Below, in pieces: positions 26,485 to 39,641 of a stretch of 64,000 bases of DNA. Where the stretch lies: positions 6,696,001 to 6,760,000 of the forward strand of contig NC_135829.1 of NCBI RefSeq assembly GCF_964213995.1, read 5' to 3'. The DNA is from Mustelus asterias. Its lineage: Eukaryota. A program made the translations under genes and the position numbers. The notes beneath the pieces were generated by a model, which was given only the letters and a program-made list of their open reading frames with translations, ran no database searches and was not told the origin of the DNA. The stretch's first letter is position 1. The number at the start of each line of letters is the position of its first letter.

Positions 26485-28365
26485 TAAGTATGTATTGCTG
26501 TACCAGAGATTACTGAGTTTGATTAATGCTATCAATGTCATGGATTTGCTTTGGCCACAAGATATTGCAAGTTATATAACAAGGTATTGGTAGAAGTATG
26601 ATTTCCTTCCTGTTATTAATCTGTAACTATTTGTTTTGAAACATTAAAAGTATCCATTCCGAAGCTCTTCAGATATTACAGGTTTGATAGCCTTAGTTCT
26701 GAGAGTTACCCCAGCAACTTCAATGGATATGCCCCCACTGCCTTCTACACTGAGTTAACTGGTCTGGAGCAACAGGTAGGCTTCTGTGATTTTAAAGAAA
26801 CTCACTTGGGTTCACACCGATAACAATCTAACAATCGTTGCTGGGTAGGGCTTTATCTGGAGATCTCTGCTGGGTGGTGCGATATCTAAAAGCCCCTGGT
26901 GGGTAGTGCGCTTGTAGCAATATCAGCTGATGAATGGACTTGGCTGAAAAGTCGTCCATGGTCAAATGCCTCTCATTGTCTCGGCCAAACATTTTCCCTG
27001 TGTGATCCCATTTTAAAAACCCACACTTTGTGTGACTCCAGAGTGAAAATTTGACGGGATATAAGAGTTGCAGGGTGTGGGTTGGGCTTCAGCTGCTGGG
27101 TGTGGGAATGTGAAGTTGAGCGCAGTGGGAAGTTTAAACAGCAGGATATGCTTCTTTTTAAAACACCTTTCACAGCCATGTTTTGAATCAAATCAAATCA
27201 AAAGAATCACAGACCTATTGCAGCTCAGAAAGAGGCCATTCAGCCCATCGTATCTGCATCATCTCTCTGAATGAATAATCTCCCACCTGCTCCGCATAAC
27301 CCTGCACAAGTAACGGTCTAATTTGCTTCTGAATGCTTCAATTGAACCTGCTTCCACCACACACTCAGACTGTTTATTCAAAGCATTGAATAGCTAAGGC
27401 GTCGGGGAAACCATCTTTCATTAATGCCCCCTCCTTTCATTTTGCAATTCTATCAATTTAAAATTGCAGGTTGTTTGAAGCTAAAAGCCAATTTCATATT
27501 TCAGTGCTTCCTCAGCACAATATCAAAAAAAACCCATTAAGCTATTTAATGAGTTACTTCCGCTGGTTTCCAGCAGTCAAGGTGCATCAGCCAAGAAGAG
27601 TGTAAAAAAAATAATAGGATCCCATTAAGATATTGTTACTCCAAAAGTGATAAAATAATCCAGCAAAGTGTCAGCATGCCAGCAAAAAGCATCATATTAC
27701 AGCAGGAGCTTGGTAACAAACCCAGGCTGCTGGGTTATGGCCAATGCCTTTTGCTGGAGACCAGTGGAAGTGGAGATCAGTGATCCCATTCTAAAGTTAT
27801 TTGATGCTTGCTGTACTATGCTTCCCAACCACTTCCAACAGACACCTGGGTGTATAAAATGCAACAAGTACTTTTTTTTTTTACTTTGCAACCAGATTTT
27901 TATTTTTGCATTATTGTGTCTTTCAACCGGTGCCAAATTTAATTTCCAAGTTCTGCTATTAGTGGTTTAATTTCAAGCTGTCTTCACTTCAGCATGGTTC
28001 TGTTGCTCCTTTTATCATCTCGCAGTCAAATGCCTCACACCTGTGTAATTCATTCCAACTAGGAGTTTGTGGTGATGGGAATCATGAAGTTAGACCCATA
28101 TCCTATTGTTGCTTGCTGTTAACACAAATTTGTTTATTAATAAGAGGTGCATGTCTACAATTAACATTGTAATTTCCATTTCCCTGCTGCATTATGTACA
28201 ATGTGTATTTTGTTCACATGGCAGCTGTGGTTTGAAGAAAATATACATGCAAAGCCACCAGTTTGTTGAAAACGATTAGAAGTTACCAAAGTACTGCCTG
28301 TGGGATACTTTATCTTTAGTTATATAAGTCAAAGGAGATCTAACTTATTTTGAATTCAATACCAT

Positions 28366-28661
28366 GGGGCGGCACAGTGGTTAGCACAGCTGCCTCACAG
28401 CGCCAGGGCCCCAGATTCAATTCCCGGCTTGGATCACTATCCATGCGGAGTTTGCATGTTCTCCCCGTGTCTGCATGGGTTTCCTCCGGGTGCTCCGGTT
28501 TCCTCCCACACTCCAAAGATGTGCAGGTTAGGTGGATTGGTCATGCTAAATTCTCCCTCAGTGTACCCGAACAGGTGCCAAAGTTTGGCAACCAGGGGAT
28601 TTTCACTGTAACTTCATTGCAGTGTGAATGTAAGCCTACTTATGACTAATAAATAAACTTT
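28366..28661 (+). mobile_element. HE1-like SINE type B (type-A-like body, type-B tail)
   Basis: CCAAAGATGTGCAGGTTAGGTGGATTGG joined to TTCTCCCTCAGTGTACCCGAACAGG. Confidence 0.8.
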
Positions 28662-29039
28662 GTTACACAAGTCTGCACAGAGTTTTCTATCAATTGACAA
28701 TTGTATTGCAGCACTGTCCTTGTAGTAAAATGTGTATCTCTGGAAAGAGGAACAGCAGTCTTGCAAGTTGAATTTTATATCTTTTCTCCAGAGGTAAAGA
28801 GCAAAGGTCTGATGCTGGCATGCTCACTGACAGCTCTGTTATTTTATTCTTGAATCCAGACTGTTAAATGTCATGAGGGCAACTCATATAAACCGCATTT
28901 TTGTATTTATTCATGTGATGTGGGTAGAACTTGCAAGGCTCCATTTACTGCCCATTCCTAGTTACTGTGAGCAGGTAATGGGCCTTCTCCTTGAACCATT
29001 GTGGTCCTTGTGTTGTCAGTGCTATCATGAAGGTATTAG

Positions 29040-29210
29040 CCATGATGTGGAGTTGCCGGTGTTGGACTGGGATAGGCACAGTAAGTAGTCTCACAACACC
29101 AGGTTAAAGTCCAACAGGTTTACTCACCTGTTGAAGGGGCAGCGCTCTGAAAGCTCGTGCTATCAAATAAACCTGTTGGACTTTAACCTGGTGTTGTGAG
29201 ACCACTTACA
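29040..29210. mobile_element. Penelope-like family A fold-back element
   Basis: inverted arms; TSD ATGAAGGTATTAG (29027-29039 / 29211-29223); mutated hammerhead at 29125-29159. Confidence 0.85.
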
Positions 29211-29334
29211 ATGAAGGTATTAGGTGTGAGGATTCCATGATTTTGGGCCCACTGATAATGAAAAAACAATGATTTATATCCAGGACAGGATGATGTAGGC
29301 CTGGAATTTGCCTGATAATTTTGTTTTGTCCTCT

Positions 29335-29586
29335 GGTCACTGTCTGTGTGGAGATTGCACGTTCTCCCCGTGTCTGCGTGGGTTTCCTCCGGGTGCTCCG
29401 GTTTCCTCCCACAGTCCAAAGATGTGTGAGTTAGGTTGATTGACCATGCTCAATTGCCCCTCAGTGTCTGGGAGATTAGCAGGGTAAATAAGTGGGGTTA
29501 TGGGGATAGGGCCTGGGTGGGATTGTTGTCGTTGCTTGATGGGCCAAATGGCCTCTTTCTGCACACTGTAGGAATTCTATGATTCT
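29335..29586 (+). mobile_element. HE1 SINE, 5'-truncated
   Basis: core and tail. Confidence 0.75.
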
Positions 29587-30039
29587 CAGTGTAGAGCCTG
29601 TAGGCTGGGGGGGGGAGGCAATGTCAAAGTAAACTTACTGCATTACTACAGCGCATCGTTTAGTTGCTAGAACTTGCTTGGTCAAAATTCGAGAAGCCCT
29701 TACCTAGCATTGTGGAAACACTTGAATGACAAAACCTGCAGTGGTTAAAAAGATAGCCTACCATCACCTTAAAGGTGGGAAATATATGCCAACATTGCTA
29801 GTGATGTCAGTATCACTAGAATTTGGTGTTCTAAAAGCTACAATAGCCCCTCTGTTCCAGTGTTGCTAAGTCATTCAGCAGTATGAATTAATTTGATGCC
29901 AGGGTATCAGTTTTTATTTAAATTTTAGTTCTGTGTCTGAGAAAGAATATTTTATTTTAACTGTATCCTACTTATTGCTAATTTCAGGACTGCTTTAGAT
30001 ACTCTCTGAACTTTTTGTTGGCCACTTTTATAGCCCATG

Positions 30040-31520
30040 ATAATAATAGGTTTTAGTGGAGATGGCATCTTGCTGTTCAGCTTCAATGAGGGAGGAAATT
30101 GTAGAACGTAATGACCAAACAGCTGAAAGTATAGCCGCCGGTATTTGGGTAACGGAAGCGATGATGCACCAGGTGTCAGAATCTGAGGAATGGAGAATTC
30201 TCTGCTCGGGTGAGAAGCTGTAGGCCTGGAGAAGGTTACATGGGGGGAGGACAAGGCCATGAAGAGGTTTAAACGCAAAGAAAAGAAGTTTAAATTTGAG
30301 ACACCGGGAGACCAAGAGCCAATGTAGAGCTAATGGGAGATGATGGCATAGGGGTAATGTTGGTGGACTGGTAATCCAGAGATCCAGGCTGGGGACGAGG
30401 GTTCAAATCCCACCATGGCAGCTGGTGGAATTTAAATGCAATGGATAAATCTGGAATTTTAAAGCCAGTCTTAGTAATGGTTACTTTACCCAGCTTGACC
30501 TTCATGTGATTCCAGACCCACAGTAATATGGTTGATTCTTAACTCCCCTCTGAAATGGTCACCCAGTTCAAGGGCAATTAGGGATGGGCAACAAATGCGG
30601 ATCTTGCCCGCGACGCCCACATCCCATGAAAGAATAAAAAGAAATGGGATAATGTGATCGGCCTGTGGAATTTGTTGCAGGATAGAATATGGACAGAAAT
30701 GTTTTGGATCGGCTGAAATTTAAGTAGGAAGGCTGGCCAGAAGAACACTGGAATACCTGAATCTTGGGGGACCAAAGACATGGAGGAGAGTTTCAGCAGC
30801 AAATAAACTGAGGCAAATGCTGAGATGAGAAAAGTTGCATGTCGAACTAGGCAGTGTTTATGATGCAGATTTGGAGTTGGAAGTTTGGATGAGATTCGAA
30901 AAGGGTGCTGAGGTTTCAAGCAATCTGGTTCAATCTGAGACTGGCTGGGGAGGCGGAAGACAGTCATCGTCTGGAGTATTATTGTCTGGCTGGAGCAGAA
31001 GGCAGTAACTTTGATCTTCAGTATTTCAGTTCCGGCTCACCCAGGACTGGACGTCAAACAAACAGCCTGACAGCGCAGAGTTTGTATCACCAGCACACAA
31101 GTGGATGCTGACAACATGTCTGTGGATTGTGTCACCAAGGGGAGCACAGAGATGAAGAGGTGAAGTGAAGGATAGATCCTTAAGGAGCATCAAAGATAAC
31201 GAGTGACAGGGCTGGGAGTGAAGCCCTTGATTACTGCATATGATCTGACGAGGAACAAATGAGTAAGGATAACTCCACCAAGTTAGATATTGAAGGAAAC
31301 ATGATAATTGTGTCATCAGCTGTGTCAAATGCCAAGGAGGACAAGTGGGGATAATACAACACAGGCAAAGAGAATGAGTATCATTTTGGACAAGGTTTCA
31401 ATGCTGTGGGGAGCATGGAAACCTGATTGAAGAGATTCCCACACAGAGTTGTGACTGATGTGGGCAAAGATTTGACAACTTATTCAAGGACTTTGGAGGC
31501 AAAGAGAAGCCGGAGATGCT
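30040..31520 (-). mobile_element. Degenerate L2-type LINE interrupted by a tRNA-derived SINE (30340-30640, +)
   Basis: degenerate RT frames (HLCAGDT, related to YADD; LKFKLLFFAFKPLHGL); the SINE has GGTTCAAATCCC and tail GGGCAATTAGGGATGGGCAACAAATG. Confidence 0.6.
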
Positions 31521-33030
31521 TGGTGAATTAATGAATGAATGACATTTAAAATTGGTCACACTGCTGTAATCTCAACAAGACATGCTGTAACCTTTTACAG
31601 TGAAACTTCAATTTCTGCACAAGATGATTAAGTAAGCAAAATTGAGGCTTTTCTATTTTTTCCCCCAGTCACTAAATATTATGAAATGATGGCATTCACA
31701 GCCCTCATAACACAATCAGTGAGCCTAAAATATGCCACAAAGCATTCCTTGCTTTCCTTCTGAGCGTGCAACTTGTGGTGGTTTGGAGCAAAGCCCGAAG
31801 TCACACAGTAGCCCAAGGATTATTATGTGAGCAGGTTGGAGCACTGCATAATTAGCTTGTAAGCATGCTCCACTGAACTGCAATCTGCCACAGTTGGTGT
31901 CTTTTAGCTAAGTGAAAGAGGTCCCATGATGTCGAGCGTAGATTCAAAAGGGAAAACTTTGTAATAAGAGTAATGTCCTTTATCATGCTAGAGTTTTTTT
32001 TAGCACTTTTAAGGGCAAATTATGGTTCCTAATTAAATTTTTGTGGCCTTAATTAAAGAATCTGCTTGGGTTTTACGATGGTTCCGTTACACTTTCCACT
32101 CTGCTGTGATTTAATTATTCTGATGAATGCAATTAGTATGCTAAGGCAATTGTTCATTTCATTTGCATATTATATTGGATAATTGGATGAAGCTGGAATG
32201 ATTAAATTACGAGAATGACAGATGAATCCGCTTTTGTTCAGGACAAGAATTAAGTTTGTAAGAATGACCACAGTGGGAATTGGTGACCTTAGCATATTCA
32301 TTAAAAAAAATGCATATTGTTAATTTGTAAAAGTGTTGCTAGGTGCTGACTGCGTAGCCCTTGATCTCAGCTGGCAACCAAAAGCAGCATATTTTTCACG
32401 TCCCTCCTGTACCCAGTTGTTAAAGAATTATGTGGCAACTTCATTTTTCAAACTTTCTTAACTAATGATAACGCACAGGCGTTACAGAACTAAGCAGCGA
32501 TAAACCAACGAGTGCAAAAAGATAATGCCCTTTATTGTTTGTCAAAGTACTGCTCAGTTAGGGGCTGAACCACAGCTCAGATCCTCGTTTAGGTTAGTTG
32601 ATTCCAACGAGGGTAACATTGGGATGATACACTTAGCAATGCCCTTCAGCTGGTGAGGCGCAACATTGATCAGTGCTCTCACTGCTAAGTTGTGTGTGCT
32701 AAGCGCAACTGTAAGCCCTCATGTTTGATTAGCCATCTGATATTCAGCGCATTGGCTTACAGATGTCCAAGATAACAGGCAGCTGCTGGCACCCTTGGGA
32801 CCATATCCCAGCAAGTGTCGACACCCCTAGCGAAAGCTCAGGAGTAACCAACAAGTGAGAGCAGCTTAATTGGAGAGTACAGTTTTTAATTTTAAATGAA
32901 AATGGGTAGTTTTGTTTTGCTTTTATGACAACTCCACATATATCGAGGGCTCATTGGCAGAGGTTAATATATAGGTTGACAGGTATTAAACAATCAAGCC
33001 AGCAGCTTTGAACATCACCTTCATGTAGGT

Positions 33031-33360
33031 GGGCACGGTGGCACAGTGGTTAGCACCGCTACCTCACAGTGCCAGGGACCAGGGTTCGATTCCCGGCTTG
33101 GGTCACTGTCTCTGCGGAGTTTGCACATTCTCCCCGTATCTGCATGTGTTTCCTCCGGGTGCTCCGGTTTCCTCCCGCAGTCCAAAGATGTGCGTGTTCG
33201 GTGGATTGGATATGCTAAATTGTCCCTTAGTGTTAGGGAGACTAACTAGGGTAAATGCATGAGGTTATGGGGGGATAGGGCCTGGGCGGGATTGTGGTCA
33301 TGCAGACTCGATGGGCCGAATGGCCTCCTTCTGTACTGTAGGGTTCTATGATTCTATGAT
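33031..33360 (+). mobile_element. HE1 SINE
   Basis: full length. Confidence 0.85.
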
Positions 33361-33830
33361 GTACAATCCAATTCATTAAAATTTCCTGGAGGACACCTCT
33401 CTGCTAATTGAATGACAATAGGTATTGTGCTGTGGCCAGAACTACATCCATTAGTTCAAAATCAGAATAACTCTTCCTCCTGTCTGCCAACCACCCTCAC
33501 CCACCACTTAGAGCAACTCGCATTTTAAAGCACTGTCTTGTCTCGGAGTGCTATACAAGCAAGAAATGAGAAGATCAAGTGGGAAAGGAGCAAGATTGTG
33601 AGGACAAAGCGAGATTGGCAATGATGCTCTGACTGCCTTCTAGAATCGCAGAATAATAAGAACAGCAGATCTGGAGGCAATTCAGCCCACTGAGTCTGCC
33701 CAGGTTATTTCCGCACTCCTGCTCCCTCTCCATATTCCCATAATTTTTATTTCTTCGGAAGGTACTGGGATATGGAATAATGAAAAATGTAAAAATAGAT
33801 TGTGTTTTCTTTTGCCTATTTAAAAAAAAA

Positions 33831-34488
33831 GGGTGGCACGGTAGCACAGTGGATAGCACTGCTGCCTCTCAGCGCCAGGAACCCGCATTTGATTCCCAGC
33901 TTGGGTGACTGTCTGTGTGGAGTTTGCACGTTCTCCCCGTGTCTGCGTGGGTTTCCTCCGGGTGCTCTGGTTTCCTCCCACAGTCCAAAGATGTATAGGT
34001 TAGGTGGATTGGTCATGCTAAATTATCCCTTAGTGTCAGGGGGATTAATCATAGATGAATCATAGAATCCTAAAGTGCAGAAGGAGGCCATTCGGCTCAT
34101 CGAGTCTGCACCGACCACAATCCCACCCAGGCCCTATCCCCATAACCCCATGCTTTTACCCTAGCTAGTCCCCCTGACACTAAGGGACAATTTAGCATGG
34201 CCAATCCACCTAACCTGCATATCTTTGGAGTGTGGTAGAAAACCGGAGCACCCGGAGGGAGTCCACGCAGACATGGAGAGAATGTGCAAACTCCACACTG
34301 TCAGTGACCCAAGCCAGGAATCAAACCCAGGTCTCTGGCCCTGTGAGGCAGCAGTGCTAACCACTGTGCTGTCCATATTTAGAAGGGTAAATGTGTGAGG
34401 TTACGGGGATAGAGTCTGGGTGGGATTGTGGTCAGTGCAGGCTCAATGGGCCAAATGACTCCTTCTGCACTGTAGATTCTATGATTCT
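33831..34488 (+). mobile_element. HE1 SINE with an inverted HE1 nested at about 34055-34372
   Basis: outer copy split between the core and GGGTAAATG tail; inner copy is reverse complement. Confidence 0.8.
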
Positions 34489-34595
34489 AAGATTGATTAA
34501 TTATTTAAAAATAGACCATGTTTCTGAATCATTGGCTTCAGTGCACAAGAGAATGTTGTAGAGGAAACAGAACCTTTCTAATGGCTGATACTTTC

Positions 34596-34745
34596 CATGA
34601 TGTGGAGATGCTGGCATTGGACTGGGGTAAACACAGTAAGAAGTTTAACAACACCAGGTTAAAGTCCAACAGGTTTATTTGGTGGCTTTTGCTACCAAAT
34701 AAACCTGTTGGACTTTAACCTGGTGTTGTTAAACTTCTTACTGTG
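34596..34745. mobile_element. Penelope-like family A fold-back element (no ribozyme)
   Basis: near-perfect ~55-bp hairpin; TSD TGATACTTTCCA (34586-34597 / 34744-34755). Confidence 0.88.
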
Positions 34746-36099
34746 ATACTTTCCACGCAGTGCTGATGAATACCGATCTGCACTATGATTCCATATTACA
34801 CGGGCGGGTGTCCAGGTTTTCCCTCCACCCTCTGGAAGCCACTGGCCCTTGCTGGAGTGTGATGTATAGGTGCTGTGATCGCTCTGGTATGTCACCCCGG
34901 TAGCCATTTTCCATGTGCAAGTTCAGACAGTAAGCCTCAGCAGACTCATTTGCTAAACGCAATCCTGCTCTCTTCAAACAACCTCATCCTCTTTCTCCAG
35001 CAAAGGTTACTGCATAATGATCATCTACTGACTAATTCCCCTCCCTAGCTGAAGGATATTTGTAACCTCACCATCTGTTGTCTCATCTGAGGTCAGCTAC
35101 TTCAACTCAAGCCAGGGATCAAATTTGAGACCCTCCTGATCTATACAGCTCTGCACGACGTACTGTATTTGCCCCTGAATTCATTATGAATCTGCATATT
35201 GATCCTTAAGTCATGTTAAATATTTTACTACAGGGAGACTATGACCCCCTCCTGTAAAAACTGAAATGTAGTTCTTTGTTAACCTGGTGGTTCCTTGTTC
35301 TTCGCGCCCCTTCCCCTCCCCCACTAAAAGGACTTTATCTTGTCAGTAACATGCTGGAAAAATATTCGTGCAAGTTCCAAAAGGTTACATGAACCTTACT
35401 ATTTCGAACGTCTGGAACAGCCTTTGCATCTCAACGCTATAATGTAAGCACTGGCGGAACAATAAAGCAATGTGGAATTGACCTAAGAGCAGGAACAAGG
35501 CCCAATTTGTGACATATTCTGCTGATTCAGTGCCTCTGCCTTCGGTTCTGTTTATCCATGTACGGGAGGAAATAATGCAGATCTTGCATCTTTAAAGCAA
35601 AACAGTCTTCCAGCAAGTATGAAAAATCCTTCCCATTTGACGTTAACCCCTGTCCTTTGCCTTCAAAGAATCTCTGACATTAATGTATTGCTTTACACGC
35701 TGCGTCTGTTATGTGTTGCTTTGTGTTAACAGCGGAAAGAAGCTTTTGCCGTCTGCGGCAGTACTGCAAAATAATACAACTCGTCGAAAATCAAATTTAA
35801 TTATTTGCAAACTTCTAAAGGCAGTTTCCCTAATCATTTGAAATTATATATTAGGCATAGATTTTTTTCCAAATTATTTGGATAGACAAGTGGATAAAAG
35901 AGACGGGTCTGAATTTTTAGGATGGCAGGAGCTCAAGTCTCACCGTCCGGATGCGGGCCCACTGCCGTTTTACACTTGAATAGCGTTGATTGGCAGCAGA
36001 TAGGACTCCCATCCTCACTTGGACACAAGTCCTACCTTGGAGAGCTGTCAGCTAATAAGATTGGCTGACGACTCTTCAGCCCATCCTGGCACAGCGCTG

Positions 36100-36835
36100 A
36101 TTTGATTCGATTTGATTTGGTTTATTATTGTATTAGTATACAGTGAAAAGTATTGTTTCTTGCGTGCTATACAGACAGTCATAGCTAGGGTGTAGAGAAA
36201 GATCAACTTAGTGTGAGGTAGGTCCATTCAAAAGTCTGACGGCAGCAGGGAAGAAGCTGTTCTTGAGTCGGTTGGTACGTGACCTCAGACTTTGGTATTT
36301 TTTTCCCGACGGAAGAAGGTGAAAGAGGGTACGTCCGGGGTGCATGGGGTCTGTAATTATGCTGGCTGCTTTGCCAAGACAGTAGGAAGTGTCGACAGAG
36401 TCAATGGATGGGAGGCTGGTTTGCGTAATGGATTGGAATACATTCACGACCTTTTGTAGTTTCTTGCAGTCTTGGGCAGAGCAGGAGCCATACCAGCCTG
36501 TGATGCAACCAGAAAGAATGCTTTCTATGGTGCATCTGTGAAAGTTGGTGAGAGTTGTAGTTGGCATGCCAAATTTCCTTAGTCTTCTGAGAGAGTGGAA
36601 GCGTTGGTGGGGCTTTCTTAACCATAGTGTCGGCATGGGGGAACCAGGACAGGTTGTTGGTGATCTGGATACCTAAGAACTTGAAGCCCTCGACCATTTC
36701 TACTTCGTCCCCGTTGATGTAGACAGGGGCATGTCCTCCACTACACTTCCTGAAGTCAATGACAATATCCTTCGTTTTGTTGACATTGAGGGAGAGATTA
36801 TCGTCACTGCACCAGTTCACCAAATTCTCTTTCTC
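36100..36835 (-). mobile_element. Rex1/Babar LINE, 5'-truncated
   Basis: LVNWCSDDNLSLNVNKTK, FKFLG, FHRCTIESILSGCITGWYG. Confidence 0.88.
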
Positions 36836-37646
36836 ATCCCAGAAGAGGCACTGCAGCAACGTGCCTGGGACTTTCAGGACATGGAGGCCGGGTAAATGGC
36901 AGGAGTTCTGGTGAGGAGAAGATAGGCCCCCCCACCCCCAACCTTCTCACCCAAGCTGTAAGATTGAATTTTTTTTGGATTTCCCATCCTGGTCTACCAG
37001 TTTAAAAATTGAGGCTGGGCAGGAAAAGGCAACTAAGTAGCCGTTAAATTGCCACTAAGGACCATCATAGGGCAAAGGTGGGCTTCTCCTCCAAAGCCCT
37101 GCCCGCCGCAATGTAAAACCAGGCCGGGGCGGGTGGGTTCTGGAATCCCGTACGTGCAATGTCTTGCAGTGTTTGGATATTAAGATTGTAGCATAATTCC
37201 CAACAGAGCAAATTTACAATGTCAGGTAGGTAGTGTGGTATCATGTCAAAATCAACCAAGCTTCCCGGAGCAAGGCAGCAGAGAATATCTTCCAACCATC
37301 ATTATAGGCAGTCCATGTATTGGAACAGACTGCCTGCCCAGATTCTTGTTTTAGGTGGTGGTGTGTTGTGTAAAGGAGTTTTAAAGAAAGTAGAGGACAC
37401 ACACAAAAAATAAAATCCATTTGTGAAAGAATGTTGATCGGGGCTCCGTCCCTGGGAGAGCTGAATTGTTCAACTGGTTTACAAAATGAGAGGGTTAGGT
37501 GAGAGCGGTGGTGTTTCACCACTTGCCGCTCCCCATACTTCTGATGGGGTGGCCTGTCTCTTTTTGTTCCATCGAAAGCTGGCCCACTTCACATTTGTGC
37601 TTTGAGATATTTGAGCTATAATTGCTAGCTGAGCATCTTTGAAACA

Positions 37647-37925
37647 GTAAAGTAAAAGTTTATTTATTAGTCACAAGTAGGCTTACATTAACACTGAAAT
37701 TAAGTTACTATGAAAATCCCTTAGTCGCTACAGTCTGTTCGGGTCAATACACCTAACCAGCATGTTTTTCAGAATGTGGAAGGAAACCGGAGCGCCCGGA
37801 GGAAACCCACGCAGACACGGGGAGAACATGCAAACTCCACACAGACAGTGACCCAAGCCGGGAATCGAACCCGGGTCCCTGGTGCTGTGAAGCAGCAGTG
37901 CTAACCACTGTGCTACCGTGCCGCC
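37647..37925 (-). mobile_element. HE1-like SINE type B
   Basis: minus-strand copy with alternative tail. Confidence 0.8.
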
Positions 37926-38623
37926 TCCAAGACTGCCAGGTTTAAAACAGCCTGCGTGGATACCCTTCACTCTGGACTTACTGCTCACAAATACTCCAAC
38001 TGAAATATCATTTTGAGCCAGAATTCAAAGCCAACCTCTCCCTTTACACGTTTAGGGCAAAAAAGGCAATTGGAGGCCTGTCAGGACGTAAAATTATCTG
38101 AGCTTTCATACAGCAAATAAAACTATAAATTTCATAAATCTGTTGCTTCCATAATTTTTTTTTGTTGTCTTTGGCCTACAATTGGCAGCTATGCACAGTG
38201 GTCTGATTTAAATCAGAAGCTTGCTATTTAAGGGATCTTTGTTGCAGACATGTGCCCAATAACCCTGATGGGACATAGTAAACATTGGTTGCAACAGCAA
38301 GAGCTTAATCAGTAATACTGGGCTGAAACAACCCTCTACTGAACTCAAAACACAGCCACCTACCCACGGACCATAAGCAAGCAAGTAGGGCAAAGTTCTG
38401 GCTTATAAAGATTCAAAAACACTGCATCAAAGTGCTCAAACTTGAGGTTGACGAGTACCAGTTGAGTTCTTCATGTGTTGCGGATGGGGGCAAAACAAGT
38501 AATATTTTGGCATATGCGTAGGGATCCCCCATTACAACATTATAGATAATGTGATCGCAAGAAAGTGCCAAAATGCTGTGCCAATAACAAGCTGGAAGAA
38601 GTATGCTCTAACTATAATAGCAG

Positions 38624-38822
38624 TGATGTGGAGATGCCGGCGTTGGACTGGGGTGGGCACAGTAAGAAGTCTCACAACACCAGGTTAAAGCCCAACAGGT
38701 TTATTTGGAAGCTTTCGGAGCTCTGCCCCTTCATCAGGTGAGACTCACCTGATGAAGGAGCAGCGCTCTGAAAGCTCGTGATTCCAAATAAATCTTTAAC
38801 CTGGTGTTGTGAGACTTCTTAC
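38624..38822. mobile_element. Penelope-like family A fold-back element with two opposed hammerheads
   Basis: TSD ACTATAA(T/A)AGCAGT (38611-38624 / 38821-38834); hammerhead on - at 38709-38740 and on + at 38746-38780. Confidence 0.88.
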
Positions 38823-39641
38823 TATAAAAGCAGTTTCACACGCCTTTAGATTTCTGACCAGAAAAGGTCACTCCTCCTGTCTGAATTATTTTCAAATGGC
38901 ACATTTTATCTTTGAACATTTCTGCCTTTGATAATACTTCTGTATCATTTGATAGATACAGATCATTTGATCCATCCTAACTCACCCACCCATAAAGACA
39001 GTACAAACCTCCATAACATTGTTCAGCTACTGTGGCCACCAATTTCATATCTATGTGACGATCTCAGTTCTAATTCTTCCTTTCACTAATTTGAACCTTG
39101 ATCAACTTGTCCTAATCTGATGGTTTATAGAGTTTGGATGTATCTTTTCTATCCTATTTTCTGTCTTTTACACCTCTTTCAAGTCTCCAAAAATACCCAT
39201 TTGGAGGCTGAGAAGTTTGAATCTTGGAGTTTATTCATCAACACCCGAAGAAGGACTTCAAGTCATGGTGTTGATCCCAAAGTGACCCCACTGCATTTTC
39301 CAGAATTGACGTTGCGAGGATGGACTTCCAGTGGAGTCCACCACTGCAGCCAATGAAGTTGTATGGTCCTACAGCAGTTGAAATGGGCAATGTCAGATTT
39401 GAAAGACATGGCAGGGAGAAAGGTATGTCACTGTCTCTGCATTCAGAGTAACTGGGAGAAGCTAGAGCCTCCAGCATTCCGTAAGCAACCCTTGGTGTTT
39501 GCTCCCACAACCGCCATCATCATCACCTGTTTCCTAGTTGCCATTCCAATAGGCAGAGGCAGAAACTGGGCAAACCATTTGAGACTAAGGACTTTGTTAG
39601 CAGGATGGGAAACCCCACCCTCTCTCAAACAGCTTAGAGAG

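Noticed and set aside
34596-34745. Fold-backs as classical MITEs or pre-miRNAs
   Set aside because: The arms are PLE 3' ends continuous with a GIY-YIG ORF in longer copies, the ends are asymmetric and the lengths vary
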